From the NCBI GenBank assembly GCA_040399125.1, contig JBBASR010000001.1, positions 106,050 to 170,049 on the forward strand: 64,000 nt of DNA. Reading direction: 5' to 3'. This stretch comes from Cyanobium sp. (GTDB lineage Bacteria > Cyanobacteriota > Cyanobacteriia > PCC-6307 > Cyanobiaceae). A program made the position numbers and the translations under genes. Positions 45,741-57,087 of the stretch are shown here, piece after piece; position 1 is the first letter of the stretch; each line of letters begins with the position of its first letter. The notes beneath the pieces were generated by a model. It ran no database searches. It saw only the letters and a program-made list of their open reading frames with translations, and had not been told where the DNA came from.

Positions 45741-46214
45741 TCAGGCCGGCCTGGCACGCTCTCCCGGCAGGGGCAGCGGATAGGTGAGCCAGTCCTGCTC
45801 GCCGTTCTGGACCACCCCGCTGGGGCGGGCCAGCCGCCAGCTCTCTCCCCGCTCCCCCTGCTGCAGAAAGAGTTCGAACGGACTGTCCACCCGGATCGGA
45901 TCGCCGCTGAGGCGCCAGTCGAAGCGCCCGGCCAGGCGCAGGCCGCGGGCCTCACCGATCCGGATGGCCTGCTGTTCTTCCACCCGCACGCGGCTCACCT
46001 GGGGCAGCCCGCCACTCTCCAGCTGTAGGGCCTCGGCGATCGCCCCCTGGGTGAGCTGGATCTGCAGGCTGAGGGCCTGCAGGAGTACCCCATGGGGGGG
46101 CTGGCCACTGCGGGAACAGCCGCTGAGGCTGAGCGGCAGCAGCAGCAACACACTCAGCGCCAGGCCACAGAGAGTCCGGCGCAGACGGGCAGGGGGGGGC
46201 AGGACGGGCAGCAT
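45741..46214 (-). CDS. Putative lipoprotein
   Basis: Start placed at ATG 46214. Lipobox LLLLPLSLSGC. Unknown family. Confidence 0.55.
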   Translation of the reverse strand: MLPVLPPPARLRRTLCGLALSVLLLLPLSLSGCSRSGQPPHGVLLQALSLQIQLTQGAIAEALQLESGGLPQVSRVRVEEQQAIRIGEARGLRLAGRFDWRLSGDPIRVDSPFELFLQQGERGESWRLARPSGVVQNGEQDWLTYPLPLPGERARPA

Positions 46215-46236
46215 GGAGGCCGACGCACGTCTTCCC

Positions 46237-46890
46237 ATGATCGGCTGGCTGCAGGGACGACTGAATGAACCATGGCAGCAGGCCAATCGCCAGGGGGTGC
46301 TGCTCTGCTGCCAGGGCGTCGGCTACGAGGTGCAGCTCTGCGATCGCCACTGGCAGCGCCTGCCGGGGGAAGGGAGCCCGCTGACGCTCTACATCCACCA
46401 GACCGTGCGGGAGGACGGCTCGACCCTCTACGGCTTTCCCGAACGGCGCGAGCGGGATCTGTTCCGAGAACTGGTGGCGGTGAGCGGTGTCGGTCCCCAG
46501 ATGGCCCTGGGTCTGCTCACCACCATGGAGGTGGAGGAACTGGTGCTGGCGATCGTGCAGGGGGACCTGCGCCGACTCTCCCAGGCCCCTGGCGTGGGCA
46601 AGCGCACCGCCGAACGGCTTTCGGTGGAACTGCGCCAACGGCTGCAGGAACGCTACGGAGTCCTGCTGGCAGCCTCCGCCGATGCCGGTGACGCAGCGGA
46701 GGCCGATCTGGTGGCCCTGACAGCGAATTGTCGGGACGAGGTGCAGTTGACACTCACGGCCCTGGGCTACGAAATGCTGGAGATCCACAGGGCGATCCGG
46801 GCGGTGGCCGCAGAGGGACTGGCGGCCGGCAGCGACGGTGATGACTGGATCCGGGAGTGTCTCCGCTGGCTCTCTCGAACAGCGGCCTGA
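46237..46890 (+). CDS. ruvA: Holliday junction branch-migration complex subunit RuvA
   Basis: MIGWLQGRL...GVGYEVQL...LYGFPERRERDLFRELVAVSGVGPQMALGLL...APGVGKRTAERL. ATG at 46237 inside track ORF 45784..46890. Confidence 0.9.
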   Translation: MIGWLQGRLNEPWQQANRQGVLLCCQGVGYEVQLCDRHWQRLPGEGSPLTLYIHQTVREDGSTLYGFPERRERDLFRELVAVSGVGPQMALGLLTTMEVEELVLAIVQGDLRRLSQAPGVGKRTAERLSVELRQRLQERYGVLLAASADAGDAAEADLVALTANCRDEVQLTLTALGYEMLEIHRAIRAVAAEGLAAGSDGDDWIRECLRWLSRTAA

Positions 46891-46940
46891 GGGTCGCTTG
46901 TTAAGGTGTTCGTTTGCACCGTCGGGGCCCGGGGCCGTCC

Positions 46941-47210
46941 ATGCCGCTCACCACCACCAAGAAGCAGGAACTGATCAATTCCCACCAGACCCATGGCACC
47001 GATACCGGTTCCGTGGAAGTCCAGGTGGCGATGCTGAGCGAGCGGATCAACCAGCTCAGCGGACATCTGCAGAAGAACATCCACGACTTCTCCTCCCGCC
47101 AGGGGCTGCTGAAGATGATCGGGCGCCGCAAGCGGCTGCTCGGCTACCTGCGAGCTCAGAGTGAGGAGCGCTACGCCGGTCTGATCCAGAAGCTCGGCAT
47201 CCGCGGCTGA
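46941..47210 (+). CDS. rpsO: 30S ribosomal protein S15
   Basis: [70 protein letters not shown]. Confidence 0.93.
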   Translation: MPLTTTKKQELINSHQTHGTDTGSVEVQVAMLSERINQLSGHLQKNIHDFSSRQGLLKMIGRRKRLLGYLRAQSEERYAGLIQKLGIRG

Positions 47211-47217
47211 GCACCCC

Positions 47218-47625
47218 ATGGCCCCTCAGGGAAAGAAGAAACCCGGCATCCGCCCGAGTACGGCGGGAGGTGGGTCATCCACCCGGGCCAGGAAGGAGCG
47301 CCAACAGGTGATTCCGGAAGCTGTGGCCAATCGCATGGCCCGCAGAATCGCCATCGCCACCGGCATTCCCACCTTGATGGGCATGGGTGTGTTCATCGGC
47401 AGCTACTTGCTGGTGAGCCACGCCATCCTCGACATCCCGCCCGGAGCCACGCTGGTGGCATCGGGGGGATGTTTTCTTCTCGGTCTGCTCGGCTTGAGCT
47501 ACGGCGTGCTCTCCGCAAGCTGGGAAGAGACTCCCGGCAGCCTGCTGGGTAGCGAACAGATCGGTGTGAACTTCACGCGGATCCGCACCTCTCTGCGGTC
47601 CATGCGAGAAGGCAGTCAGCCCTGA
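47218..47625 (+). CDS. PAM68-like (DUF3464) photosystem II assembly protein
   Basis: Basic N-terminus, then IPEAVANRMARRIAIATGIPTLMGMGVFIGSYLL and a second TM, matching the PAM68 family. Confidence 0.8.
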   Translation: MAPQGKKKPGIRPSTAGGGSSTRARKERQQVIPEAVANRMARRIAIATGIPTLMGMGVFIGSYLLVSHAILDIPPGATLVASGGCFLLGLLGLSYGVLSASWEETPGSLLGSEQIGVNFTRIRTSLRSMREGSQP

Positions 47626-47643
47626 GGCAAAACCGACCTCAGG
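47621..47643 (+). terminator. Stem-loop at the end of the rpsO / PAM68-like unit (weak terminator candidate)
   Basis: CCTGAGG-caaaaccga-CCTCAGG, a 7-bp stem that includes the stop codon. No clear T-run follows. Confidence 0.3.
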
Positions 47644-47770
47644 AACTCTGGTCCCGTGGACCCGACCCCAAAGGGGCGGCCAGGGCCGTAGGGCGAGCCC
47701 CCAGACAGGCGTTCACAGGCAAGCAGGTGGCGCAGCTGGGGGAGTGGAAGCGGTCCAGAACCAGAAGCTC

Positions 47771-50700
47771 TCAGGAGCAGGAGAGGGCTTCTTCCAGAGG
47801 GGCAAGCAGCGAAGCCCGGAAATCGGCCGTGGCGAGGGTATGCACGGCGGAATCGGCATCGGCCACACAGAACTGGGGGCCGAGCCGCACATAGCGACTG
47901 CCTTCAGCATCGCGGACCCTGGCCACCACTGGCACCCGCACCCCCACCTCATCCTGGCCGGGACGATGGCGCTGCAGACATTCCCGCAGCCGGTGCTGGA
48001 TGGCGATGTCGCCCGCCTGCTCCGCCGGCAACTCCACCATCAGCAGCCGCAGATCGTCGATGCTGCGGCAGTCGTCCACGATCAACTGCACCCGTTCATC
48101 GCGACGATCCACCGAGGCCCACACCAGCAGGCGGGCATCCACCAGCAGATGGTCGGCGAGCCGGGCGAAGGCCTTCGGAAACACCACCGCCTCGCAGGCA
48201 CCGGTGAGATCCTCCAGTTGGAGCACCGCCATCCGATCCCCCTTGCGGGTGGTCACCTGGCGCAGTTCGGCCACCATGGCCACCACGCTCACCCTGGCCT
48301 TGTCGGCCTGCTCCTCCAGGCTGCCCAGACCGATCGGGGAGAGGAGATTCACCCGGCTGCTGAGTTGCCTGAGGGGGTGATCTGAAATGTAGAAACCAAG
48401 CAGCTCCTTCTCCAGCCTCAGTTTTTCCTTGGGGGGATAATCGCGAACCGGAGCCGCCTTGGGGGCGGTGGAAAGATCGGTGCTGGCGCCGGCGGCAGCG
48501 GAGTCGCTCCCCGCAGCCGGCGTCTCGGGGGTGGAGAAGAGGTCGAAGAGGTTGCCCTGGCCGCTGGCGCGATCCCGGGCGCGGGAGCTGGCCCAGTCCA
48601 GCACCAGATCGAGATCGGCCATCAGCTGGGCACGGTTGGCCTGCGGATCGAGGCCATCGAGCGCGCCGCAGTGAATCAGGGATTCGATCGCCCTCCGGTT
48701 CATCTGCTGGGAAGTGAGACGGTCGCAGAGGTCCGCCAGGGAGCGGAACGGCCCCTCCTCCTGACGGGTTTCGATAAGGGTGCGAATCGCCCCTTCTCCC
48801 AGGTTGCGCACAGCCGAGAGTCCGAACAGGATTCGTTCTCCCACCGGTGTGAAATCAATGCCGGAGGCATTCACATCCGGCGGCATCACCTCGATCCCCA
48901 TGGCATTGCAGTTGGCGATGTAGCGCTGCACCTTGTCGGTCTGACCGGCATTCACCGTGAGCAGGGCCGCCATGTAGGCCACGGGATAGTGGGCTTTGAG
49001 GTAGGCCGTCTGATAAGTGACAGCGCCATAGGCGGTGGAATGACTCTTGTTGAAGCAATATTCGGCGAACAGCACCATCTGTTCAAACAGGGATTCCGCG
49101 ACGCTGGCCATAACGCCCCGCTCCACGGCGCCTTTGACGAAGAGATCCTGGTGTTTCTCCATTTCGGATTTCTTCTTTTTACCCATCGCCCGCCGCAGCA
49201 GATCGGCTTCGCCGAGGGAATAACCGGCAAGGTCCTGAGCGATCTTCATGATCTGCTCCTGGTAGACCATGATTCCGTAGGTCTCCCTCAGGATCGGCTC
49301 CAACCGGGCATCGGCGAAATCAATCGCCTCCCGGCCATGCTTGCGATTGATGAACTTGGGAATCAGGCCGGCATCCAGTGGTCCGGGACGATAAAGGGCA
49401 AGAATCGAGGAGATGTCCTCCAGGGAGGAGGGCTTGAGATCGCGAACGATCTGACGCATGCCACTGGATTCCAGCTGGAAAATGCCTTCCAGATCGCCGC
49501 GGGCCAACAAGCCGAAGGCGCCCTCGTCCACAGGGGGGAGATCATCAGGATCGACCCTCACACCACTGCTCTGCTCCACCAGATCCAGAGTTTTCTGGAT
49601 CATGGTGAGATTTTTCAGGCCCAGAAAATCCATCTTCAGCAACCCCATCGACTCCACGTCCTCCATGAAGTACTGGGTGATCACCTGGCCATCGTTGTTG
49701 CGCTGCAGCGGCACCAGCTCATCTAGGGGATCAGCTGCAATCACCACGCCGGCCGCATGCACCCCAAAGGTCTTGTTGGTGCCTTCAATCCGCATCGCCA
49801 AATCCACCCAATGCTTCACCTTCGGATCGGCTTCATACTTTTCCCGAAACTCCGGAACCGGTGAATCAGGGCCGATCATCTTGTCGAGTTTGGCGGGCTT
49901 GCCTCGCACCACGGGGATCAACTTGGCCAACCGATCGGCTTCGCCATAGGGGATATCAAGCACACGGGCCACATCCTTGAGAACCGCCTTGGAGGTCATG
50001 CGGTTGAAGGTGATGATCTGGGCCACCTTGTCTTCGCCGTAGCGGCGGGTGACGTAGTCGATCACCTCTCCCCGTCGTTCGATGCAGAAGTCGGTGTCGA
50101 TATCAGGCATCGACTTGCGTTCTGGGTTGAGAAAGCGCTCGAACAGCAGGCCGTTGGTGACCGGATCGATATTGGTGATCCCCAGGGCGTAGGCCACCAG
50201 GGAACCGGCGGCTGAACCACGCCCAGGTCCCACGGGAATGCCGTTCTCGCGGGCAAAGCGGATGTAATCCCACACCACCAGGAAGTAGGTGGGGAAGCCC
50301 ATCTGTTCCATCACCTGGAGCTCGAAGGCCAGGCGTTCGCCATAGATTGGGTCGAAATCCTGATCAGCCGGCAACCGCAGACGTTCGCGCAGCCCCTGCT
50401 GGCTCACCTCGGTGAGATAACTCACGGCCGTGTGCCCTTCGGGTATCGGAAAGCGAGGCATCTGATAACGACCGAGGATGTCGTAGTCCTCCACCTTCTC
50501 CGCCACCTTGGCTGTGTTGGCCACAGCCTCCTGAATCACCTCGGGATCGAGGTGATCGGCGAACAGAGAGAGCATCTCCGCTTCGCTCTTGATGTATTCG
50601 GTGCCGGTGTAGCGCAACCGCTTCTCATCGGTGATCAGCTTGCCGGTGAGCACACAGAGCAGGGCATCGTGGGCCTCCACATCGTTGCTGCTGAGGTAGT

Positions 50701-51328
50701 GGGCGTCGTTGGTGGCAACCAGGGAGATCCCCAGCTCCTTGCTGATGCGAGCGAGCTCCACATTCACGATCCGATCCTCCAGCCCGCCGTGGTCCTGGAT
50801 CTCGAGATAGAAGTCGTCGCCGAATACCTCCTGGTACCAACCCGCCACCTCCCGGGCCACATCCGGCCGACCCCGCAGAATCGCCTGGGGAATCTCTCCT
50901 CCCAGGCAGGCAGTGGCGACGATCAGCCCCTCGCTGTGCTCCCGCAGCAGCTGCTTATCGATGCAGGCCCTGGCAAAGATGCCCCGGCCGCGCATGCCGC
51001 GCAGGTGGCTGATGCTGGTGAGTTTCACCAGATTGCGATATCCCACCGCATTCCTGGCCAACACCACCAGGTGATATCGCCGTTCTTTCTTCGGCTGCGG
51101 ATCCTCGATCGAGCCGTTGATCACATACATCTCGTTGCCGATGATCGGCTTGATGCCGGCCTTCGTGCAGAGCTTGAGCAATTCGATGGCGCCGTACATG
51201 ACGCCGTGGTCGGTGAGGGCCAGGGCCGGCATGCCCAGTTCCACAGCCCGCTCGACCATGGCCGGCAGCTGGCTGGCACCGTCCAGCAGGCTGTAATCGC
51301 TGTGGTTGTGGAGCGGTACGAAGGCCAA
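47771..51328 (-). CDS. dnaE: DNA polymerase III alpha subunit (contiguous, no intein)
   Basis: 1185 aa. PHP domain [18 protein letters not shown], polymerase core and OB fold. TTG start at 51328. Confidence 0.95.
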   Translation of the reverse strand: MAFVPLHNHSDYSLLDGASQLPAMVERAVELGMPALALTDHGVMYGAIELLKLCTKAGIKPIIGNEMYVINGSIEDPQPKKERRYHLVVLARNAVGYRNLVKLTSISHLRGMRGRGIFARACIDKQLLREHSEGLIVATACLGGEIPQAILRGRPDVAREVAGWYQEVFGDDFYLEIQDHGGLEDRIVNVELARISKELGISLVATNDAHYLSSNDVEAHDALLCVLTGKLITDEKRLRYTGTEYIKSEAEMLSLFADHLDPEVIQEAVANTAKVAEKVEDYDILGRYQMPRFPIPEGHTAVSYLTEVSQQGLRERLRLPADQDFDPIYGERLAFELQVMEQMGFPTYFLVVWDYIRFARENGIPVGPGRGSAAGSLVAYALGITNIDPVTNGLLFERFLNPERKSMPDIDTDFCIERRGEVIDYVTRRYGEDKVAQIITFNRMTSKAVLKDVARVLDIPYGEADRLAKLIPVVRGKPAKLDKMIGPDSPVPEFREKYEADPKVKHWVDLAMRIEGTNKTFGVHAAGVVIAADPLDELVPLQRNNDGQVITQYFMEDVESMGLLKMDFLGLKNLTMIQKTLDLVEQSSGVRVDPDDLPPVDEGAFGLLARGDLEGIFQLESSGMRQIVRDLKPSSLEDISSILALYRPGPLDAGLIPKFINRKHGREAIDFADARLEPILRETYGIMVYQEQIMKIAQDLAGYSLGEADLLRRAMGKKKKSEMEKHQDLFVKGAVERGVMASVAESLFEQMVLFAEYCFNKSHSTAYGAVTYQTAYLKAHYPVAYMAALLTVNAGQTDKVQRYIANCNAMGIEVMPPDVNASGIDFTPVGERILFGLSAVRNLGEGAIRTLIETRQEEGPFRSLADLCDRLTSQQMNRRAIESLIHCGALDGLDPQANRAQLMADLDLVLDWASSRARDRASGQGNLFDLFSTPETPAAGSDSAAAGASTDLSTAPKAAPVRDYPPKEKLRLEKELLGFYISDHPLRQLSSRVNLLSPIGLGSLEEQADKARVSVVAMVAELRQVTTRKGDRMAVLQLEDLTGACEAVVFPKAFARLADHLLVDARLLVWASVDRRDERVQLIVDDCRSIDDLRLLMVELPAEQAGDIAIQHRLRECLQRHRPGQDEVGVRVPVVARVRDAEGSRYVRLGPQFCVADADSAVHTLATADFRASLLAPLEEALSCS

Positions 51329-51385
51329 GGGACAGGGACGTGGGCAGTCGCCCCACGCTAAGGCCCCTTGCCACCAGATCTGGTG

Positions 51386-52858
51386 TCAGGGCACCAGAGA
51401 GGCCACAGGTCTGTGGTCCATCACGCGGGCAGCCTGCTCGTACTGGTGCGCCACCTGCAACAGCCTGGGCTCCTGCAGCACTCCACTGATCAGCTGCAGG
51501 CCGATCGGCAGACCCTGGCGATCGAAACCGCAGGGGAGGCTGATCGCCGGCAGACCGGCCAGGTTGGCGGGAATGGTGAGCAGGTCGGCAAGATACATCG
51601 CCAGGGGGTCCTCACTGTGGGCGCCGAAGCGGAACGCCGTGGTGGGAGAGGTGGGGGTGAGCAGCACATCCACCTGGTCGAAGGCACGGTCGAAATCGCG
51701 GCGAATCAGGGTGCGGACCTGCTGGGCCTTCCTGTAGTAGGCATCCACATAGCCGGCCGAGAGCGCATAGGTGCCGATCAGGATGCGGCGCTGTACCTCG
51801 GCGCCGAACCCCTCAGCCCGGCTGCGCGCCGTCATCGCAGCGAGGCTGTCAGCGCTGGCGGCCTCCGCTTCGGCACGGAAGCCGTATTTCACCCCGTCGT
51901 AGCGGGCCAGATTGGCGGAAGCCTCCGAGGGGGCGATCACGTAATACGTGGCGATGCCGTCATCGAAGCGGGGGCAGCTGACGTCCACGAGTTCGCAGCC
52001 CAGGGCCTGCAGCTGGTCCGCGGCCGCCAGGACAGCGGCCTTCACCTCGGGATCGAGGCCCTTCTCCTCGAAGCACTCGCGGATCAGCCCTACCCGTACA
52101 CCAGCCATGGGCTGGAGCAGGGCCGCCCGGTAATCGGGGACCGGCGCCCGCAGACAGGTGGAATCGCGGGGATCCTCACCGGCGATCACCTGCAGAAGTT
52201 CGGCGGCATCGGCCACGGTGGTGGTGAAAGGGCCCACCTGATCGAGGGAGCTGGCAAAGGCCACCAGACCCCAGCGGCTGACGCGTCCGTAGGTGGGCTT
52301 GAGCCCCACGACGCCGCAGAAGCTGGCGGGCTGGCGGATCGAACCACCGGTGTCGGAACCGAGGGAAGCAACAGCTTCTCCCGCGGCCACTGCGGCGGCA
52401 CTGCCACCGGAGCTGCCACCAGGCACCCGCTCCGGATCCCAGGGATTGCGGCTGGGACCGAAGGCGGAGGTCTCGGTGGAGCTGCCCATGGCGAACTCAT
52501 CGAGATTGGTCTTGCCCAGCATCACCGCCCCCGCCTGCCAGAGGCGCTCCGTGACGGTGGACTCGTAGGGGGGAACGAAGTGCTCCAGCATCCGGCTGGA
52601 ACAGGTGGTGGGGATGCCCCGGGTACAGAGGTTGTCCTTGATGGCCAGCGGAATACCGGCCAGCGGCGGCAGGGCCTCGCCGGCGGCCCGGGCAGCATCG
52701 ATGCGATCGGCATCGGCGCGGGCCCGCTCGGCGGTGACCTCCAGGAAGGCATGGACCTTGCCATCGACCGCCGTGATGCGATCGAGATGCTGATCGGTGA
52801 GCTCGCGGGCTGAGACCTCTCCCCGCTTCAGCTGCTCACGCCATTCGGCGATCCCCAT
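51386..52858 (-). CDS. gatA: Glutamyl-tRNA(Gln) amidotransferase subunit A
   Basis: Amidase signature [12 protein letters not shown]...[16 protein letters not shown]. Confidence 0.93.
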   Translation of the reverse strand: MGIAEWREQLKRGEVSARELTDQHLDRITAVDGKVHAFLEVTAERARADADRIDAARAAGEALPPLAGIPLAIKDNLCTRGIPTTCSSRMLEHFVPPYESTVTERLWQAGAVMLGKTNLDEFAMGSSTETSAFGPSRNPWDPERVPGGSSGGSAAAVAAGEAVASLGSDTGGSIRQPASFCGVVGLKPTYGRVSRWGLVAFASSLDQVGPFTTTVADAAELLQVIAGEDPRDSTCLRAPVPDYRAALLQPMAGVRVGLIRECFEEKGLDPEVKAAVLAAADQLQALGCELVDVSCPRFDDGIATYYVIAPSEASANLARYDGVKYGFRAEAEAASADSLAAMTARSRAEGFGAEVQRRILIGTYALSAGYVDAYYRKAQQVRTLIRRDFDRAFDQVDVLLTPTSPTTAFRFGAHSEDPLAMYLADLLTIPANLAGLPAISLPCGFDRQGLPIGLQLISGVLQEPRLLQVAHQYEQAARVMDHRPVASLVP

Positions 52859-52888
52859 CCAACCGACTGCCAGTTGTGATGGACGCTA

Positions 52889-53170
52889 TCAGCCAGCGTC
52901 GACCAGATCGGGGAATTCCGTGAGGGGCTCCCCGCGGTTGGTGCGCAGCAGCTGGTGGTGCAGGGAGGCAGGCGACTCGGAGCGCAGATCCTCCAGGAAA
53001 GCGGGCAGGGCCGCCTCCAGGGTGGTGCGGCGCACGAACGGACCGAACCAGTAGACGGCATCGGGAGACCGGGTCTCCACCCGAGCCCACCAAGCCAGTC
53101 CCAGACCGTTGGCGACGCTGCGCACGGGCCAGAGCAGGGGATTCATGGGAGAAGGCGAGGTGTTCTCCAT
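52889..53170 (-). CDS. DUF1816-family protein
   Basis: GLAWWARVETRSPDAVYWFGPFVRRTTLEAALPAFLEDL matches the DUF1816 core. Confidence 0.7.
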   Translation of the reverse strand: MENTSPSPMNPLLWPVRSVANGLGLAWWARVETRSPDAVYWFGPFVRRTTLEAALPAFLEDLRSESPASLHHQLLRTNRGEPLTEFPDLVDAG

Positions 53171-53205
53171 TCTGAACCGCTGCCCCCTCCCTGCCCCAGG
53201 CCGAA

Positions 53206-54969
53206 TCAGAGCCTGATGTCGGTGTCGAAACAGGAGTGATCGCCCACCAAAGGCTCGGCTTCAGCCGAGGAGAGCTGAATCTCCTGCTCCTGCACGGCCT
53301 CGGAGGGAGGCTCGCCATCGCTGGCTGCCGCGCTTGCGGGGAGATCGGAAGCTTCCTGGATCGCCTCACTGGAGTCCACCCAGGGTTCAGCAGCCGCCTC
53401 TCCCACCTCAGCGCTCGTCTCGTGAGGAGCGTCGTCGCTGGTGCTGATCAGGGGGGTGGTGGCAGGCAGGGCCGGACGCACGATCCGGGGGGCGGGAGCC
53501 GAGCCGGAAAGACCCCGCATCCATCCGCGACGCGCCACCTCGAACAGCAGCAGCGCCGTGGCCACGGAAGCATTCAGGCTGGGGGTGGCGCCGCGCAGCG
53601 GAATGCGCACCAGCTGGTCGCAGCTGCGGCGGGTGAGCATCGAAAGTCCATCACCTTCCGAACCGGTCACCACCACGAGGGGCCCATCAAGATCGGCTTC
53701 CTCCAGGGTGACGCTGCCTTCGCCGGCCAGGCCGATGACCCGGTAACCCTCCTGTTTGAGCATGTCGAGGGAGCGGTTGAGGTTGACCACGCGGGCCACG
53801 GGAAGGTGCTCCAGGGCCCCTGCCGCCACTTTGGCCACCGAGCCGGTAAGACCGGCATTACGGCGCTGGGGCAGCACCATGCCGTGGGCACCGAGGGCCT
53901 CGGCGCTGCGCACGATCGCCCCGAGGTTCTGGGGATCGGTGAGGCCGTCCACCGCGATCAGCAGAGGGGATTCACCGATCGAGCGGCAGCCCTCAATCAG
54001 GCTCGAAAGATCCAGGGTCTCTGTGGCGGCGGGCTGCAGCACGATTCCCTGGTGCACGGCGCCGCCACTGATCTGGCCGAGCCGGGCCCAGGTGACCTCC
54101 TCCACCAGCACCCCGGAAGCCTTGGCCTCACGCAGCAACTGGAGGAAACGGGGGCTGAAGCGCATCTCCGGCGTGCACCAGATCCGATGGATCGGCCGGC
54201 CGCTCTCCAGGGTGGCCTGGGAGGAATGACGGCCCCAGATCAGGTCAGAGGGCGCGGCGGCACTGAAGTTTTCCGCTTCGGGCCTCGGTTCGGCCTCGGG
54301 GCCCGCACCGCCGGCAGGGCGGAAGGACGGACGGCGATCGAAGGGGCGATCCCAGAAGCGTCCGCCTGGAGCGGGACGGCCGGGACGGCGGTCACCGCCG
54401 GGGCGATCGGCACCGAAACGATCAGGACCGAAGCGATCAGCGCCACGCTCCGGACGACGATCCGGGCCGGAACGGTCCGGGCCACGGCCTTCAGCGCTCC
54501 GGGCCTGGAAGGGGCGCCCTTCACCGGGACGCCCGCGGTCGTTATCACGATCCCTGGGGCCGCGGTCCCTGGGGCCGCGGGCAAAGCCCGGGCGGCCGCC
54601 GCTCCCCCGCTGAAAACCGCTTCGTTCGAAGCCGCCCCTGGCTGCACCGCGCTCGGAACCGCCCCGATCGAAACCGCCGCGCTCGGAACCACCCCGCTCG
54701 AAACCGCCCCGATCGCCGGAACCCCGATCAAATCCAGCGCGGTCGGCTCCCCCGCGCTCAAAACCACCCCGTTCGGGCCTTTCTCCCCCCTCCCGGCTGT
54801 ACGGGGTCCGTTCGCCGCCCTCCCGGCGGCGAGGCGCCGAGAAGCGGGCGGGACGGGCGGGGCCACGCCCCCCCGGCCGGTTGCCGGAAGCCGCACCGGG
54901 ACGGCGGGCGGCGCGCTCCGGACGGGCATCGGAACGACGGTCGGAGCGACGGTCGGGAGAGCGGCTCAT
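53206..54969 (-). CDS. rlmB: 23S rRNA 2'-O-ribose methyltransferase RlmB (SpoU/TrmH family) with an Arg/Gly-repeat N-terminal extension and an acidic C-terminal tail
   Basis: SpoU core: LIWGRHSSQATL...LLIAVDGLTDPQNLGAIVRSAEALGAHGMVLP...VTGSEGDGLS...IPLRGATPSLNASVA. ATG 54969 overlaps the mrnC stop (ATGA). The track ORF extends to 55056. Confidence 0.85.
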   Translation of the reverse strand: MSRSPDRRSDRRSDARPERAARRPGAASGNRPGGRGPARPARFSAPRRREGGERTPYSREGGERPERGGFERGGADRAGFDRGSGDRGGFERGGSERGGFDRGGSERGAARGGFERSGFQRGSGGRPGFARGPRDRGPRDRDNDRGRPGEGRPFQARSAEGRGPDRSGPDRRPERGADRFGPDRFGADRPGGDRRPGRPAPGGRFWDRPFDRRPSFRPAGGAGPEAEPRPEAENFSAAAPSDLIWGRHSSQATLESGRPIHRIWCTPEMRFSPRFLQLLREAKASGVLVEEVTWARLGQISGGAVHQGIVLQPAATETLDLSSLIEGCRSIGESPLLIAVDGLTDPQNLGAIVRSAEALGAHGMVLPQRRNAGLTGSVAKVAAGALEHLPVARVVNLNRSLDMLKQEGYRVIGLAGEGSVTLEEADLDGPLVVVTGSEGDGLSMLTRRSCDQLVRIPLRGATPSLNASVATALLLFEVARRGWMRGLSGSAPAPRIVRPALPATTPLISTSDDAPHETSAEVGEAAAEPWVDSSEAIQEASDLPASAAASDGEPPSEAVQEQEIQLSSAEAEPLVGDHSCFDTDIRL

Positions 54970-55364
54970 GGGCTTGCGGACAGAGATGGGAAATCGGTCT
55001 CCTCGAGGTGATCCAGCAGCTCGGCCAGCCGCTTTGGATTCCGCAGAAAGAGCCACCCCAGCATCGTCTCAAATCCCGTGGCCTGCCCATAGAGGGCTGC
55101 CTCCCCCCGACGAGGTCCGCGGCCGGCCCGGTTGCGGCCCTTGCGCACCCATTGACGCTCCTCCTCGTGCAGCAGAGAATCCAGTCGCTGCAAGGCATTG
55201 GCCTGGGCTTCGGCCTTCACTGCGGCCACCACAGCCCGATGAAGATCCGCAGAACGGCCAGCAACGGCGCTGTGACGAAGGCGCTGGTGCAGTTCCCAGA
55301 CTGCATCCCCCAACCAGGCCAGCTGAAGCGGACCGAGTTCGGCATCCGGCGCTGGTGGGGCCAT
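54966..55364 (-). CDS. mrnC: Mini-ribonuclease III
   Basis: LGPLQLAWLGDAVWELHQRLRH...ATGFETMLGWLFL. Start placed at ATG 55364; the track start at 55454 is TTG and would overlap the STAS gene. Confidence 0.82.
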   Translation of the reverse strand: MAPPAPDAELGPLQLAWLGDAVWELHQRLRHSAVAGRSADLHRAVVAAVKAEAQANALQRLDSLLHEEERQWVRKGRNRAGRGPRRGEAALYGQATGFETMLGWLFLRNPKRLAELLDHLEETDFPSLSASP

Positions 55365-55431
55365 GCCGTTGAGCCAGCGACTGGCTCCTCGGCGTTCGGG
55401 ATGGCCCGGGCCCCCAGCCTCCGGGGCGATT

Positions 55432-55872
55432 TCAGGCCGCCGCGAGCCGGTCAAGGGCCGTATCGAGATCGGGTTGAAGATGCAGGAAATCTTCCAGTCG
55501 AACCAGCTTCACGGTCTGGACCACCCGGGCATTGCCCACCACCTGGAAGGAAAAACCGGCGTCCTTGCAATGCTTGGCGAGCTGCACCAGGGCACCAAGG
55601 CCGGACGAATCGAGGAAGTCGATCCGGCTGAGGTCGATCACCAGGGGCAGCTTCGGCTCGTTGGGGTGCTGAAGGATGAAGTCGGTGAACTGTTTGTCTG
55701 AGTAGGCATCAAGTTGGCCTGTGAAGCTGAACAACAGGCACTGCGCCTGCCGTTCACAGCCCCCGCGCAGGGAGACGGTCAGTCGCTGCAGATCCGTGAT
55801 TGTTCCAGCCCCCGTGAACAGCTTTCGCGAGGAGTGTAGAGAGGCTGGGGGGCTTTGCAGGATCCGCAACAA
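55432..55872 (-). CDS. STAS-domain anti-sigma-factor antagonist-like protein
   Basis: LLFSFTGQLDAYSDKQF...VIDLSRIDFLDSSGLGALVQLAKH...FQVVGNARVVQTVKLVRL, with the DSSGLG phospho-serine loop. TTG start, N-terminus uncertain. Confidence 0.78.
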   Translation of the reverse strand: MLRILQSPPASLHSSRKLFTGAGTITDLQRLTVSLRGGCERQAQCLLFSFTGQLDAYSDKQFTDFILQHPNEPKLPLVIDLSRIDFLDSSGLGALVQLAKHCKDAGFSFQVVGNARVVQTVKLVRLEDFLHLQPDLDTALDRLAAA

Positions 55873-55905
55873 AAGGTCGCCAGCGGCAATGCTGCCGCAG
55901 ATCGA

Positions 55906-57075
55906 TCAGGCCACGTTCCCCGAGCCGCGGCGCTCCGCCATCAGCTGAACGAAGCGGCCGAAATGGTGGTCGGCGTCATGGGGGCCAGGGCTGGCTTCGG
56001 GGTGGTACTGAACGCCGAACACGGGCTGATCCAGCATCGCCAGGGCTGCCACGGTGCGGTCGTTGAGGTTGAGGTGGGTGACCGCCACACGATCGGCGGG
56101 CAACGACTCGGCGTCGATGGCGAAACCGTGGTTCTGGCTGGTGATCTCCACCTCGCCGGGGGAGCCGCAGGGATGGTTCAGCCCCCGATGGCCGTAGCCG
56201 AGCTTGAAGGTGCGCCCCCCGAGGGCCAGTCCGAGAATCTGGTGGCCAAGACAGATGCCGAACAGGGGCAGATTCCGCTGCTGGAGAAGATCGCTGGCCA
56301 GGGAGATACCACTGGTCACGGCCGCAGGATCGCCAGGCCCGTTGGAGAGGAACACCCCCTCCGGCCCGTGGGCCAGCACCTCCTCCAGGCGGGCGGAGGC
56401 CGGCATCACCGTGACCTCACAGCCATGGGCCACCAGCCGCTCGAGGATGGCTCGCTTGATGCCGAAATCGATCGCCACCACCCGGTAGGGAACGGCAGGC
56501 TGGGGCTGGGAACGGACATCGAAACCGGCGGCGCAGAGACTGGTCCAGCGGTAGGGCTCCACCGTGCTCACCGTGGCGGCCAGGTTGAGGCCATCCATGC
56601 TCGGGGCAGCCCGCACCTGATCGAGGAGTGCCTGGGGCGAAGTGCCGTCGCTGCTGATCGCCCCGTTGATGGCCCCCCCCTCCCGCAGGTGACGAACCAG
56701 GGCCCGGGTATCGACGCCGCGAATGCCGATCACGCCGTGGCGTTGCAACCACGTCTCAAGGCTTTCCTCCGCCCTCCAGCTGCTGGCGACCGGCGACAGC
56801 TGGCGAGCGATCAGGCCGCGCACATGGGGTCGGGGGGCTTCCTGGTCCTGGCTGTTGATCCCCGTGTTGCCGAGCTCGGGATAGGTGAAGGTGACCAGCT
56901 GCCCCTCATAGCTGGGGTCGGTCATGACCTCCTGATACCCGGTCATGCCGGTGTTGAACACCACCTCTCCGATCGTGGTGCCCCTGGCGCCGCAGGCCAG
57001 CCCTCGCAGCACGGTGCCATCGGCCAGCACCAGCACGGCGCTTTCATGGGACGGCTGCGACACAGGAGGGAACAC
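55906..57075 (-). CDS. carA: Carbamoyl-phosphate synthase small (glutaminase) subunit
   Basis: [13 protein letters not shown]...[14 protein letters not shown]...[14 protein letters not shown]...HGFA. GTG start. Confidence 0.93.
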   Translation of the reverse strand: MFPPVSQPSHESAVLVLADGTVLRGLACGARGTTIGEVVFNTGMTGYQEVMTDPSYEGQLVTFTYPELGNTGINSQDQEAPRPHVRGLIARQLSPVASSWRAEESLETWLQRHGVIGIRGVDTRALVRHLREGGAINGAISSDGTSPQALLDQVRAAPSMDGLNLAATVSTVEPYRWTSLCAAGFDVRSQPQPAVPYRVVAIDFGIKRAILERLVAHGCEVTVMPASARLEEVLAHGPEGVFLSNGPGDPAAVTSGISLASDLLQQRNLPLFGICLGHQILGLALGGRTFKLGYGHRGLNHPCGSPGEVEITSQNHGFAIDAESLPADRVAVTHLNLNDRTVAALAMLDQPVFGVQYHPEASPGPHDADHHFGRFVQLMAERRGSGNVA

Positions 57076-57087
57076 GGCGTAGGTCGA

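Noticed and set aside
47771-51328. Possible split or intein-containing dnaE, as in some cyanobacteria
   Set aside because: The ORF is contiguous (1185 aa), with no intein-like insertion visible.
53236-55011. 591-aa plus-strand ORF
   Set aside because: It is antisense to rlmB, whose SpoU core is clear on the minus strand. It is a mirror image of the repeat region and is low complexity.
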